Notes under the pieces: model-generated | The model's database searches: none | The model's input: the letters and a program-made list of their open reading frames with translations, nothing else | Told to the model about the DNA's origin: nothing | Source: Patescibacteria group bacterium | Lineage (GTDB): Bacteria > Patescibacteriota > Patescibacteriia > UBA1558 > UBA10009 | DNA: 64,000 nt | Reading direction: 5' to 3' | NCBI GenBank assembly: GCA_041662565.1 | Contig: JBAZSE010000005.1 | Coordinates: 402 to 64,401, forward strand | Program-made: the position numbers and the translations under genes | In this document: piece after piece, positions 10,774 to 20,882 of the stretch | Layout of the letters: each line of letters starts with the position of its first letter | Numbering within the stretch: position 1 is the stretch's first letter

Positions 10774-11445
10774 ATGTCCACATTATATATAGTAGCTACC
10801 CCGATCGGTAATTTAGAAGATATCACCTTAAGAGCTCTTAGAATTCTTAAAGAAGTTGATTTTGTATTGTGCGAAGATACCAGGGTTACGAGGAATTTAT
10901 TGGCACATTACCAAATTAATACGCCTACCTTGTCTTTTCATCAGCATTCCACCGGATTGGAAGTAAATAAGTTGATTAATTTAATTAGAGAAGGAAAAAA
11001 TTTGTCTTTGGTGACGGATGCCGGTACTCCCGGTGTAAGCGATCCGGGCGGAGTATTGGTGGAAAAGGTAATTAAGGAATTTGGCGATCAGGTCAAAATT
11101 GAAGCCATTCCCGGGCCTTCGGCAATCACAGCGGCAATTTCCATTGCCGGGTTGCCATTGGATAAATTTTTATTTTTGGGTTTTTTGCCCCATAAAAAGG
11201 GTCGGCAAACATTGTTAAAAGAAATCGCTAATTCAAATTACCCCGTTATTTTATACGAATCGGTCCACCGCATTGAAAAATTATTGGATGAGTTGTCTGG
11301 TAATAACTATCAGTTGGTAGTTGCCAGAGAATTAACTAAAAAGTTTGAAACAATTTACCGGGGAACGGCGGAAGAAATTAAAATCCAGTTAAAGCCAGCA
11401 GAAGTGAAGGGGGAATTTGTTGTAATAATTTCAAAAAATGAGTAA
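10774..11445 (+). CDS. rsmI: 16S rRNA C1402 2'-O-methyltransferase
   Basis: LYIVATPIGNLEDIT, EDTR, DAGTPGVSDPG, RELTKKFE. Confidence 0.97.
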   Translation: MSTLYIVATPIGNLEDITLRALRILKEVDFVLCEDTRVTRNLLAHYQINTPTLSFHQHSTGLEVNKLINLIREGKNLSLVTDAGTPGVSDPGGVLVEKVIKEFGDQVKIEAIPGPSAITAAISIAGLPLDKFLFLGFLPHKKGRQTLLKEIANSNYPVILYESVHRIEKLLDELSGNNYQLVVARELTKKFETIYRGTAEEIKIQLKPAEVKGEFVVIISKNE

Positions 11446-12880
11446 AAAATTTTATATTACCACCGCCATACCTTATGTTAATGCCCGTCCGCATATTGGC
11501 TTTGCTTTGGAAGCAGTGCAGGCCGATGCTTTGGCTAGATATCATCGCACTTTAGGCGAGGATGTATTCTTTTTAACCGGCACGGATGAAAACAGCTTAA
11601 AAAACGTTCAAGCCGCGGAAAAAGAAGGCATTAGCGCGCAAGAGCTGTGCGATCGCAACGCCAAAGTTTTTTTGGAATTAAAAAACGCCCTTAATTTGTC
11701 ATTTGATTCATTTATTAGAACAACCGAAGAACGCCATTTTAGCGGGGCGCAAAAATTATGGTCTGGGTGCCAGCCACAAGATATTTATAAAAAGAAGTAT
11801 CAGGGTTTTTATTGCGTTGGCGGCGAAGCTTTTTATCTGGAAAAAGATTTAATCGAAGGGTTATGCCCGGAGCATAAAACCGCGCCCGATTTGATTGAAG
11901 AAGAAAATTATTTTTTCAAGCTTTCAAATTATCAGGATAAATTATTAAAATTAATTGAATCAGACGAGTATAAAATTACGCCAGCCACCAAAAAAAATGA
12001 AATTACCAGCTTTATTAAAATGGGATTGGAAGATTTTAGCATTTCCCGCTCAACTGCTCGGGCTCATGGCTGGGGAGTAAGTGTTCCAGACGATGCCTCG
12101 CAAATAATGTATGTCTGGTTTGACGCTTTATCTAATTATATTACAGCTTTGGATTATTCATCCGAAGGCGACTTATTTAAAAAATATTGGCCGGCCGATG
12201 TGCATGTGGTAGGCAAGGGGATTATCCGGTTCCACGCTGTTTACTGGCCAGCCATGTTAATGAGCGCCGGTTTGGAAGTTCCTAAAGAATTGTTTGTTCA
12301 TGGATATGTTAATGTTGGTGGAGAAAAAATGAGCAAGAGTTTGGGTAATGTGATTGATCCTTTTGAATTGGTTTCCAAATACGGCACCGATGCCGTTCGT
12401 TATTATCTGCTCAAGCAAATTCATCCGGTAGAAGATTCCGATTTTACGATTGAAAAATTTGAAGAAGTTTATAACGCGGATTTGGCCAATGGGCTGGGGA
12501 ACCTCGTTTCCAGAACAGCTAATTTGATTGAAAAGAATTTTGATGGGAAACTTAAAGCTCAAAACTTAATTGAGCTCAGCTCGATAGAGCTAAAAACTAA
12601 TTTTGATAAATATATTAAAGAATATAGATTTGATTTGGCGCTTAAGGAAATTCAGGAAATGATTACGGCTACCGACCAGCTGATTGATCAACAAAAGCCC
12701 TGGGTTTTGGTTAAAACCGATTTAAAAAAAGCAGAAGAAGTTTTGGTTCAGGCAGTTAGCCAAATTTTATCCGTAGCCGAAAGTTTAAAGCCATTTTTAC
12801 CTCCTACAGCGGATAAAATCATCGTTCAGTTTACTGCCGAAAAGATAGTTAAAGGCGAATCGTTGTTTCCAAGAATTTAA
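11438..12880 (+). CDS. metG: Methionine--tRNA ligase (short form, no C-terminal tRNA-binding domain)
   Basis: ITTAIPYVNARPHIG, YVWFDAL, KMSKS. Confidence 0.97.
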   Translation: MSKKFYITTAIPYVNARPHIGFALEAVQADALARYHRTLGEDVFFLTGTDENSLKNVQAAEKEGISAQELCDRNAKVFLELKNALNLSFDSFIRTTEERHFSGAQKLWSGCQPQDIYKKKYQGFYCVGGEAFYLEKDLIEGLCPEHKTAPDLIEEENYFFKLSNYQDKLLKLIESDEYKITPATKKNEITSFIKMGLEDFSISRSTARAHGWGVSVPDDASQIMYVWFDALSNYITALDYSSEGDLFKKYWPADVHVVGKGIIRFHAVYWPAMLMSAGLEVPKELFVHGYVNVGGEKMSKSLGNVIDPFELVSKYGTDAVRYYLLKQIHPVEDSDFTIEKFEEVYNADLANGLGNLVSRTANLIEKNFDGKLKAQNLIELSSIELKTNFDKYIKEYRFDLALKEIQEMITATDQLIDQQKPWVLVKTDLKKAEEVLVQAVSQILSVAESLKPFLPPTADKIIVQFTAEKIVKGESLFPRI

Positions 12881-12889
12881 GTTTTTAAA

Positions 12890-13025
12890 GCGAGCATGGG
12901 CAAGTAAAATTTTTTTCGGTCTGAGACGGGTCCCCCCGAACGAGCCTGGGCGAGCTACAAGCGAGACCCTGGCGAGTTGAGGGAGGGAGGCGAGGACAAA
13001 AAAATTTTTGCTTGGCCAGGCTAGC
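12890..13025 (+). repeat. Long fold-back intergenic element, copy C
   Basis: Core CGAGCCTGGGCGAGCTACAAGCGAGACCCTGGCGAG; arms CAAGTAAAATTTTTT / AAAAAATTTTTGCTTG. Confidence 0.9.
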
Positions 13026-13053
13026 GTTCAACTAATCATTAATTTATAATCAT

Positions 13054-13620
13054 ATGTCTACCATTGATATCATTATAATCATCATCTTGGCGCTGTTTAT
13101 CTGGAAAGGCGTTAAACTTGGCCTAATTGAAGCAGTGGGCGGTATTATCGGCCTATTTATGGGTGCTTGGCTGGCCGGCCGCTATTATGCCCAAGCCGCC
13201 GAAATGATTAAAGGTCTGTTGTTCGGTTCGGAAATTTTAGCCAATGTTTTAGGTTTTATTTTGGTGTTTATCGTTATTAACCGAGGTATTGCTTTGTTGT
13301 TTTGGATTGCCGATAGGGTATTTCATATTATTGCCATTATTCCGTTTTTAAAAAGCATTAATTATTTTTTGGGCGGAATATTTGGATTAATTGAGGGTGT
13401 TATTTTTATCGGCATTATTGTTTTCTTTTTAACTTTGGTGCCTTTTACAGAAAAGTTTCAGGAAAAAATAGCCAGTTCCAGATTTTCCGGAATTTTTGCC
13501 ACGGTTGGTAAAATTGCCGATCCGTTTATTCCCGATACTTTAATAGATTTGCCGTTTGATTTACCCAATGTTGGAGATACTTTAAAAGATATTAATTTAA
13601 GCATTCCTCAAATGAAGTAA
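13054..13620 (+). CDS. CvpA (colicin V production) family membrane protein
   Basis: IDIIIIIIL...GVKLGLI..., NYFLGGIFGLIEG; four TM helices. Confidence 0.85.
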   Translation: MSTIDIIIIIILALFIWKGVKLGLIEAVGGIIGLFMGAWLAGRYYAQAAEMIKGLLFGSEILANVLGFILVFIVINRGIALLFWIADRVFHIIAIIPFLKSINYFLGGIFGLIEGVIFIGIIVFFLTLVPFTEKFQEKIASSRFSGIFATVGKIADPFIPDTLIDLPFDLPNVGDTLKDINLSIPQMK

Positions 13621-13627
13621 TTTTTTT

Positions 13628-14986
13628 ATGCTCATAGACACTCACGCTCATCTAAATTTTAGGGCTTACGATATTGATAGGGAAGAGATTGTTACACGTT
13701 GTGCCAAAAAGGGCATGGCAGTTGTTAACGTTGGCGCGCAATACCAAACCAGCAAGAGCGCGGCCGCGTTGGCATTAAAGAATGAAAATTTTTACGCCAC
13801 AGTGGGCCTGCATCCAATCCATGCTTTTGATGAAATTTTTGACGCGGCCGCTTACGAATCATTGTTAAACCCTAAAGTAGTCGGAATCGGCGAATGTGGT
13901 TTGGATTATTGGTGGTTTAAATACCTTAAAGAGCCCTATAAAATAGTTTTGTTGCACGGTTGGGGCGGTAGTAAGGATGAAAGGTTTTTTATTTGGCTGG
14001 ATGAAGAGCTGACTAAACTTGGTCACACCGTCATTCGCTTTAATTTTCCCGATACCGATAATCCCAATCAAGAAGCGTGGTTAAAAGAAATTAGCAAGCA
14101 AGTGGGCTATGTTAATGGCAAAACATTGCTAGTAGGTTTTTCTTTGGGCGGGGTTTCCATTTTAAGATTTTTGGAACAGTTGGATGAAGATGCAACCATA
14201 GCTGGTGCTTACTTGTTAGGAACTCCGGCTCAAAATCCGGGCTATCCGGAAATAAAAGATTTTTTTAAAACCGATTTTGATTGGCAACACATTAATTCGG
14301 TTTGTAAAAATTTTAACATTTACAGTTCCACTAATGATGAGGTGGTGCCCGCGGAGCATGGCTTAAAATTGGCGGAAAAACTTAAAACCGAGGTTAAATC
14401 CATTAAAGACGCCTGGCATTTTAATCTAGAAACCATTCCAGAATTGCTGATAAATATCAATGAAGATATTATTGAGGTTGAAAAAAATTTACCGACCATA
14501 GAAGGAGTGATTAAAAAACAGGAAGAAATTTTTATCCAACAAATCAAATTTGCCCAAAAATACAACCTTGCCTTAATGTTGCATGGTCGCAATGGCTTAG
14601 AGGGCAGGGATGTTTACGCCGAAATGCTGGAGATCCTTAAAAAGGAAAAAATTGAGCGGGCTGTTTTTCATTGCTATGGCGGAACGCTGGCAATGGCTCA
14701 ACAAATTGTTAAGGCCGGTTATTATATCGGTATAGATGGCCCGGTTACTTATAAAAAGAAATCGGAAGAACTTCAGACGGTTGTCAAGGAAATTCCTTTG
14801 TCCAGTTTGTTATTGGAAACTGATGCTTGTGGTCCTTATTTGACTCCAGAGCCATATCGAGGACAGCGCAATGAACCGATTTATATTGAGCTCATTGCCA
14901 GTAAAGTCGCCGAATTAAAGGGTTTGTCAAAAGATGAAGTTATTGAACAAACCTGGCAAAACGCTAAAAAACTTTTTAAAATTTAA
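13628..14986 (+). CDS. tatD: TatD family nuclease with inserted RBBP9/YdeN-like alpha/beta hydrolase domain
   Basis: IDTHAH, GLHP, GECGLDY, LH.R, VFHCY, LLETD; insert has LHGWGG, GFSLG, NDEVVP, WHF. Confidence 0.88.
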   Translation: MLIDTHAHLNFRAYDIDREEIVTRCAKKGMAVVNVGAQYQTSKSAAALALKNENFYATVGLHPIHAFDEIFDAAAYESLLNPKVVGIGECGLDYWWFKYLKEPYKIVLLHGWGGSKDERFFIWLDEELTKLGHTVIRFNFPDTDNPNQEAWLKEISKQVGYVNGKTLLVGFSLGGVSILRFLEQLDEDATIAGAYLLGTPAQNPGYPEIKDFFKTDFDWQHINSVCKNFNIYSSTNDEVVPAEHGLKLAEKLKTEVKSIKDAWHFNLETIPELLININEDIIEVEKNLPTIEGVIKKQEEIFIQQIKFAQKYNLALMLHGRNGLEGRDVYAEMLEILKKEKIERAVFHCYGGTLAMAQQIVKAGYYIGIDGPVTYKKKSEELQTVVKEIPLSSLLLETDACGPYLTPEPYRGQRNEPIYIELIASKVAELKGLSKDEVIEQTWQNAKKLFKI

Positions 14987-14992
14987 TTTTTT

Positions 14993-16048
14993 ATGGAAAT
15001 ACTATTAATTATAACTTTAGTAGTCATTGTTGCGGGCTTTGCCGTTGTCTTTGTTTTCTTAAATAAAAAACCGGTTGAATCGAATAAAAATGACCAATCC
15101 ATGTTAATGCTGCAAAACCAGCTTAACGAACTTAATAAAACGCTGGATAGCAAATTGCACCAATCATCGCAGGTTATGCAACAGCAGTTTTCACAATCCG
15201 CCAACATTATTCGTGATGTTACCGAGCGTTTAACAAAGCTGGATGAAACCAATAAGCAGGTGGTGGGTTTTGCCGATCAGTTAAAATCGCTTCAAGATAT
15301 TTTAAAAAATCCCAAACAGCGCGGGGTGGTAGGGGAGTATTATTTGGAAACTTTGCTAAAAAACGTTATGCCGCCCGGCAGTTACCAAATGCAATACGAT
15401 ATGGGTGAGGACGAAAAAGGAAATAAATTAATTGTTGATGCCATTGTGAGGGTTAAAGATAAAATTATTCCCATTGATTCAAAATTTTCTTTGGAAAATT
15501 ATAACCGTTTGGTGGTGGAGCATAATGAAGCCGAAAAAGATCGCTTGGAAAAATTGTTTGTCGGAGATTTAAAAATGAGGATTGTCGAAACTTCCAAATA
15601 TATCCAGCCAAGCAAGGGCACCATGGATTTTGCCTTCATGTTTATTCCGCACGAAGCCATTTATTATGATTTATTAATCAATAAAATCGGCGCGGTAACC
15701 GAAGATACCGAAAATTTAATTCAGCGGGCTGCGGGCAAATACAAAGTTATTATTGTTTCGCCAACTTCCTTTTTGGCCTATTTGCAAACTGTTCTGCAAG
15801 GTTTGCGGGCTATGCAGATAGAAGAATCCGCCAAAGAGATTCGCAAGCGAGTGGAGTTATTGGGCAAGCACTTATTAAGTTACGATACTTATTTGCAAAA
15901 ATTAGGCAGTAATTTGGGCACCACGGTAAATATGTACAACAGCGCTTATAAAGAATTCGGTAAAATAGAAAAAGATGTGGTTAAGATCGCCGGCGGAGAG
16001 GCCAAAATCGAGCCCTTAGAGATAGCCAAACCTAAATTAGACGAATGA
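14993..16048 (+). CDS. rmuC: DNA recombination protein RmuC
   Basis: N-terminal TM, coiled coil, KQRGVVGE, IDSKF, DFAFMFIP, SPTS. Confidence 0.93.
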   Translation: MEILLIITLVVIVAGFAVVFVFLNKKPVESNKNDQSMLMLQNQLNELNKTLDSKLHQSSQVMQQQFSQSANIIRDVTERLTKLDETNKQVVGFADQLKSLQDILKNPKQRGVVGEYYLETLLKNVMPPGSYQMQYDMGEDEKGNKLIVDAIVRVKDKIIPIDSKFSLENYNRLVVEHNEAEKDRLEKLFVGDLKMRIVETSKYIQPSKGTMDFAFMFIPHEAIYYDLLINKIGAVTEDTENLIQRAAGKYKVIIVSPTSFLAYLQTVLQGLRAMQIEESAKEIRKRVELLGKHLLSYDTYLQKLGSNLGTTVNMYNSAYKEFGKIEKDVVKIAGGEAKIEPLEIAKPKLDE

Positions 16049-16049
16049 T

Positions 16050-16598
16050 ATGAAAGAATATTTTGATATTGTTGATGCCAATAATCAGCCGACCGGTGAA
16101 AAACGATTGCGTTCGGAAGCGCATACTTTGGGTTTATGGCATCGCACTGTACATATTTATTTTTTTAGACAAGTGGCTGGTCATTTAGAATTTTTAGTAC
16201 ATTTAAGATCAAAAAACGTTGATTCGCATCCCGACAACTGGGATACGCGTTTTGGTGGACATCTTAAAGCCGGAGAAACTTATGAACAAGCGGCGTTGAG
16301 TGAGGTTGAAGATGAAGTCGGTTTAAAGATAAATGTAAGTTCTTTGATTAAAGGTTTGGTTCGTGTAAATAATAAAGAAAATAATCGAGAATTTTCACAG
16401 GTTTATTACTATGAGTTTCTTGGAGAACCTGATGATTTGTTATTTAAAGACGATGAAGTTCAATCGGTTAAATGGTTAAAAGCAAGCGAGATCATTGAAG
16501 GATTAACAAATAATTCTGAACAATGGGCAGGGGGTTTAGCGGGGTTTAAAGCAATTTTAGAATATCTAGAGGATTATTTGAATAATAAGAATTATTAA
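16050..16598 (+). CDS. NUDIX hydrolase (IDI-like subfamily)
   Basis: H..GLWHRTVH, GGHLKAGETYEQAALSEVEDEVG Nudix box variant. Confidence 0.88.
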   Translation: MKEYFDIVDANNQPTGEKRLRSEAHTLGLWHRTVHIYFFRQVAGHLEFLVHLRSKNVDSHPDNWDTRFGGHLKAGETYEQAALSEVEDEVGLKINVSSLIKGLVRVNNKENNREFSQVYYYEFLGEPDDLLFKDDEVQSVKWLKASEIIEGLTNNSEQWAGGLAGFKAILEYLEDYLNNKNY

Positions 16599-16656
16599 TA
16601 TAGAAGATTATTTGGCTAAAATTAGCCATTTTTTTAAGTTGATATTTTTTAGGTAC

Positions 16657-16685
16657 TTGAAACTTTCAGTTAATTACTATATACT
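16657..16685 (+). promoter_or_regulatory. sigma70-type promoter of atp operon
   Basis: TTGAAA-N17-TATACT. Confidence 0.7.
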
Positions 16686-16717
16686 TTAGGCGCAAAATTC
16701 AATTTTTGTGGAAAAAT

Positions 16718-17014
16718 ATGCCAGAAAATAAGGGTAATGATGTTAAGTGGTATTCCCAGGCATTAGAGATATTTGCCGGAGTTTCCGGTTGGATCGCTGG
16801 TCCAATTATTGCCGCCTTATTTTTAGGCAAATGGCTGGATAAAAAGTACGATAGCGAGCCCTGGCTGTTCCTATTATGTATTGGTTTGGCATTTGCCATT
16901 TCTTCATTCGGTATTGTAAAAATCACTTTGACTTATATTAAAAAAATTGAAAAAGAGGCGAGCGATAATAAAGCAGCCCTTGAGCAAAATAAAAAGATTA
17001 ATAATCAATCATGA
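16718..17014 (+). CDS. AtpZ/AtpI family protein
   Basis: Two TM helices, G.WLD...P motif, first gene of atp operon. Confidence 0.85.
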   Translation: MPENKGNDVKWYSQALEIFAGVSGWIAGPIIAALFLGKWLDKKYDSEPWLFLLCIGLAFAISSFGIVKITLTYIKKIEKEASDNKAALEQNKKINNQS

Positions 17015-17919
17015 GCCAAGCAACAGTTAAAAAAAATATAGACACTTCTTTGGAACAGGCCACCGAAGTTACTGGTCTGCCAGCAGCAGAAGAGCAAACA
17101 GCCGAGGAATCGGGTCAGGTTTCGCACGAGGCCACCCTTTTTGCCGAACCGATTTTTCATTTGGGAAATTTTACTGTTACTAATTCTTTGATAAATTCTT
17201 GGTTGGTAGTGATTATTTTGGTGGTTGTGGCCTTGGTTTTAAAAAGCAAAGTTAAAAAAATTCCCGGTCGGATGCAAAATTGCGCCGAAGTGGTTATAGA
17301 AGGTGCACTTAATATGGGCGATTCAGTAACGGGTGATAGAAAAAAAACCTTAAAAATTTTCCCTATTGTTTTTGCAATTTTTTTGTTTGTTTTGCTAAAT
17401 AACTGGCTGGGCTTATTGCCAGGCATAGGATCCATTGGCTTTATTGAAAACGGTGAGCATGGAGCGGTGTTTGTGCCTTTACTAAGAGGCGCTACGGCCG
17501 ATTTAAATACCACTTTGGCCTTAGCCATATTTGCGGTTATTGGTTCAAATATCTTTGGCGTTTTTGCGGTGGGTTTGTGGAGCCATATTAATAAGTATTT
17601 GAACTTTAAGGCCTTTTTGGCAATTCCCAAAAAAATCATTAAAGAACCCACGGTAATTTTTGTTAACCCCATTAAGGCCTTTGTGGGTTTAATTGAAATT
17701 GTCGGCGAGGCGGCTAAAGTGGCATCTTTATCATTCAGGTTATTCGGTAATATTTTTGCCGGGGAAGTTTTATTATCGGCTATGGCGGTAATTTTTGCCT
17801 TTGGTTTGCCCATACCTTTTATGTTTTTGGAAGTTATTGTTGGGTTGATTCAGGCCTTAATTTTTGCTATGCTGACGCTGGTTTACTTTACTATTGCCTC
17901 AACTGCCGAGGAGCATTAA
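17011..17919 (+). CDS. atpB: ATP synthase Fo subunit a
   Basis: NWLGLLPG, TADLN, SLSFRLFGNIFAGE, IQALIFAMLT. Confidence 0.97.
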   Translation: MSQATVKKNIDTSLEQATEVTGLPAAEEQTAEESGQVSHEATLFAEPIFHLGNFTVTNSLINSWLVVIILVVVALVLKSKVKKIPGRMQNCAEVVIEGALNMGDSVTGDRKKTLKIFPIVFAIFLFVLLNNWLGLLPGIGSIGFIENGEHGAVFVPLLRGATADLNTTLALAIFAVIGSNIFGVFAVGLWSHINKYLNFKAFLAIPKKIIKEPTVIFVNPIKAFVGLIEIVGEAAKVASLSFRLFGNIFAGEVLLSAMAVIFAFGLPIPFMFLEVIVGLIQALIFAMLTLVYFTIASTAEEH

Positions 17920-17955
17920 TTTATTAATAAACATCTCTTAAAAGCGCGACTTTAA

Positions 17956-18219
<264 letters not shown>

Positions 18220-18286
18220 TCGATTTACACTCAGAAGGTTTAAATTTTTTGGCCTTCTGAAGTAAGAAGATTATTTAAAATTTAAA

Positions 18287-18420
18287 CTAGCGCAAGGTAA
18301 AAAAAATTTTTTGTCCTCGATTCCCTCCCTCAACTCGTCGGGGTCTCGTCTGGAACTCGCCCCGACTCGTTCGGGGGGATCCCGTCTCGGACCGAAAAAA
18401 TTTTTCTTACCTCGCGCTAG
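18287..18420 (-). repeat. Long fold-back intergenic element, copy D (inside atp operon)
   Basis: Reverse complement closely matches copy C; ends CTAGCGC...GCGCTAG. Confidence 0.9.
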
Positions 18421-18441
18421 CTATTATCTACATATAACATT

Positions 18442-18939
18442 ATGGAAGAACTTATAAAAACATTTCACATTGATTGGAAATTGTTAGTTGCTCAACTGGT
18501 AAATTTTGGCATTGTTTTGTTTGTCATTTGGCGTTTTGCGCTTAAACCTTTGTTAAAAATCATGGATAAGCGCACTAAGGAAATAGAAAAAAGCTTGGCT
18601 GATGCCCATACAATAGAAGATAATTTGGCTAAAAGCGAAAAAGCGCGGGAGGAAAAAATTTTAGCCGCTAAAAAAGAAGCTCAAGAAATTATCCAAGCCG
18701 CCCGAGAAATGGGCAAAACCCAAGGCCAAGATTTGGTGGATAGTGCTAAGAGGGAAGTGCAAACAGTGATTGCCGCGGCTAAAGAGCAAATTGCCGGCGA
18801 AAAAGATAAAATGCTTTTGGAAGTAAAAACAGAAGTCGGCCAGCTGGTTATTATGGGTGCTAAAAAGATTTTAAGCGAAGTAGTGGATGAAAAAACCAAT
18901 GGCCAGATTATTGATAATATTTTAAAGAAGATAAAATAA
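18442..18939 (+). CDS. atpF: ATP synthase Fo subunit b
   Basis: QLVNFGIVLF...KP..MDKR, long charged helix; operon position. Confidence 0.95.
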   Translation: MEELIKTFHIDWKLLVAQLVNFGIVLFVIWRFALKPLLKIMDKRTKEIEKSLADAHTIEDNLAKSEKAREEKILAAKKEAQEIIQAAREMGKTQGQDLVDSAKREVQTVIAAAKEQIAGEKDKMLLEVKTEVGQLVIMGAKKILSEVVDEKTNGQIIDNILKKIK

Positions 18940-18941
18940 AC

Positions 18942-19352
18942 ATGAGAAAGCTTAAGCCAAAACAATACGCCGCGGCTTTATATCAAGCCATTAAAGATCA
19001 GCCCATTGAGAAGTGCGGTCCGATTTTTCATGATTTTTTGGCTGTTGTTTGGCGCAACAAGGATTGGAAAAATTTAAGTAAAATTACCGGCAGTTTTTTA
19101 AAGTATTATTTGGAGCAAGAAAATGTTTTGGAAGCCACGGCTGTGTTTGCCAGCCAGCCGGCAAATGCTCTGGCTAAAAATTTACAAGTTTGGCTGGCTG
19201 AGTTTACCAAAAAAAATGTTAATTTAAAAACAGAAGTGGATCCCGCTTTACTTGGTGGGCTGGTTATTAAGTACGACGATTTGATTTTTGACGGCAGTTT
19301 GAATACCCAGTTATCTATTTTACAAAAACAGTTAATAAATAATAATCTATAA
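18942..19352 (+). CDS. atpH: ATP synthase F1 subunit delta (short form)
   Basis: YA.AL start, VDPALLGG...DGSL C-terminus. Confidence 0.9.
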   Translation: MRKLKPKQYAAALYQAIKDQPIEKCGPIFHDFLAVVWRNKDWKNLSKITGSFLKYYLEQENVLEATAVFASQPANALAKNLQVWLAEFTKKNVNLKTEVDPALLGGLVIKYDDLIFDGSLNTQLSILQKQLINNNL

Positions 19353-19373
19353 TCTATAACCTATAATTAAAAT

Positions 19374-20879
19374 ATGTCTACCAAAGATCAGATTGTTGAA
19401 CAGCTAAAACAACAAATTCAAAATTTTAAAACCCAAGTAACCGTCGAAAAAGTGGGTACCGTGGCCGAAGTCGGCGATGGCATTGCCAGAATTTCAGGGC
19501 TAGCCGATTGTATGAGCCAAGAAATGTTGGAATTTGGCAATGGCCAATTTGGCGTGGCTTTAAACTTGGAAGAAGAAGCTATTGGCGCTATTATTTTAGG
19601 CGATTATTTGGGCATTAAAGAAGGCGATCAGGTAAAGTTAACAGGCAAAATTTTACAGGTTCCGGTTGGCGAAGCCGTTGTTGGCCGGGTTTTAAATCCG
19701 CTAGGCCAGCCCTTAGACGGTAAAGGGGAGATTAAAACCGATCAATACTATCCGGTAGAAAAAATCGCTCCTCGCGTAATTAATCGTGAATCGGTTAAAA
19801 TTCCTTTGCAAACAGGTATTAAAGCTATTGATTCCATGATTCCAATCGGCAGGGGCCAAAGAGAATTGATAATCGGCGATAGGCAAACCGGCAAAACCGC
19901 TTTGGCTATAGATACCATTATCAACCAAGCCGGGCAAAATGTTAAGTGTATTTACGTAGCTATCGGCCAAAAGCAATCCAAAATTGCCAAAATTGTGGCT
20001 AAGCTGGAAGAGCACGGCGCCATGAAATATACTACAGTGGTTTTGGCTGGTGCTTCGGATCCGGCTTCTTTATCTTACATTGCCCCTTACTCCGGTTGTG
20101 CTATGGGTGAATATTTCATGGATAAAGGCGAAGATGTTTTAATTATTTACGATGATCTTTCTAAGCACGCGGTGGCCTATCGTGAAATTTCTTTGTTGTT
20201 AAGAAGGCCCCCGGGCAGAGAGGCCTACCCAGGAGATATTTTTTATTTGCATTCCAGATTATTGGAGCGTGCCGCCAAGCTTTCCAAAGAATACGGCGGG
20301 GGATCATTAACCGCTTTGCCGATTATTGAAACCCAGGCCGGCGATGTTTCGGCTTATATTCCCACCAACGTTATTTCCATTACCGATGGGCAAATCTTTT
20401 TGGAATCTGATTTATTCTACAAAGGCGTGCGTCCGGCTTTAAATACCGGTATTTCCGTTTCCCGTGTGGGTAGTGCCGCTCAAATCAAGGCCATGAAAAA
20501 GGTGGCCGGCAAACTTAAATTATCCATGGCTCAATACCGCGAGTTAGAGGCCTTTGCCCAATTTGGTAGCGATTTGGATGAAACCACTCAACAACAACTT
20601 AAATTGGGTGTTCGCTTGAGTGAAATATTAAAACAGGGCCAATACGAACCCATGAGCGTGGCTCATCAAGTGGTTATTTTGTACGCCGCCATTAACGGTT
20701 TCTTAAATGATATTCCGGTGGAAAATATCCAAAAGTTTGAAAGCGATTTTCATAAATATTTGGATTCGAACGGCAAAGCGATTTTGGATAAAATTACCGA
20801 AGTTAAGGAAATTAATGAAGATGTTGAGCCAAAGTTAAAAGCAATAATTGAAGAATTTAAAAAGCAATTTGTTAACTAA
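19374..20879 (+). CDS. atpA: ATP synthase F1 subunit alpha
   Basis: [18 protein letters not shown]. Confidence 0.99.
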   Translation: MSTKDQIVEQLKQQIQNFKTQVTVEKVGTVAEVGDGIARISGLADCMSQEMLEFGNGQFGVALNLEEEAIGAIILGDYLGIKEGDQVKLTGKILQVPVGEAVVGRVLNPLGQPLDGKGEIKTDQYYPVEKIAPRVINRESVKIPLQTGIKAIDSMIPIGRGQRELIIGDRQTGKTALAIDTIINQAGQNVKCIYVAIGQKQSKIAKIVAKLEEHGAMKYTTVVLAGASDPASLSYIAPYSGCAMGEYFMDKGEDVLIIYDDLSKHAVAYREISLLLRRPPGREAYPGDIFYLHSRLLERAAKLSKEYGGGSLTALPIIETQAGDVSAYIPTNVISITDGQIFLESDLFYKGVRPALNTGISVSRVGSAAQIKAMKKVAGKLKLSMAQYRELEAFAQFGSDLDETTQQQLKLGVRLSEILKQGQYEPMSVAHQVVILYAAINGFLNDIPVENIQKFESDFHKYLDSNGKAILDKITEVKEINEDVEPKLKAIIEEFKKQFVN

Positions 20880-20882
20880 ACC

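Noticed and set aside
17157-17813. Long antisense ORFs (218 aa opposite atpB, 160 aa at 9405-9887, several opposite dnaE, 134 aa at 32290-32694)
   Set aside because: Shadow frames of well-supported genes, expected from codon bias
18942-19352. atpH as pseudogene because it is only 136 aa
   Set aside because: Intact frame with both terminal motifs; short delta subunits are typical of this type of genome
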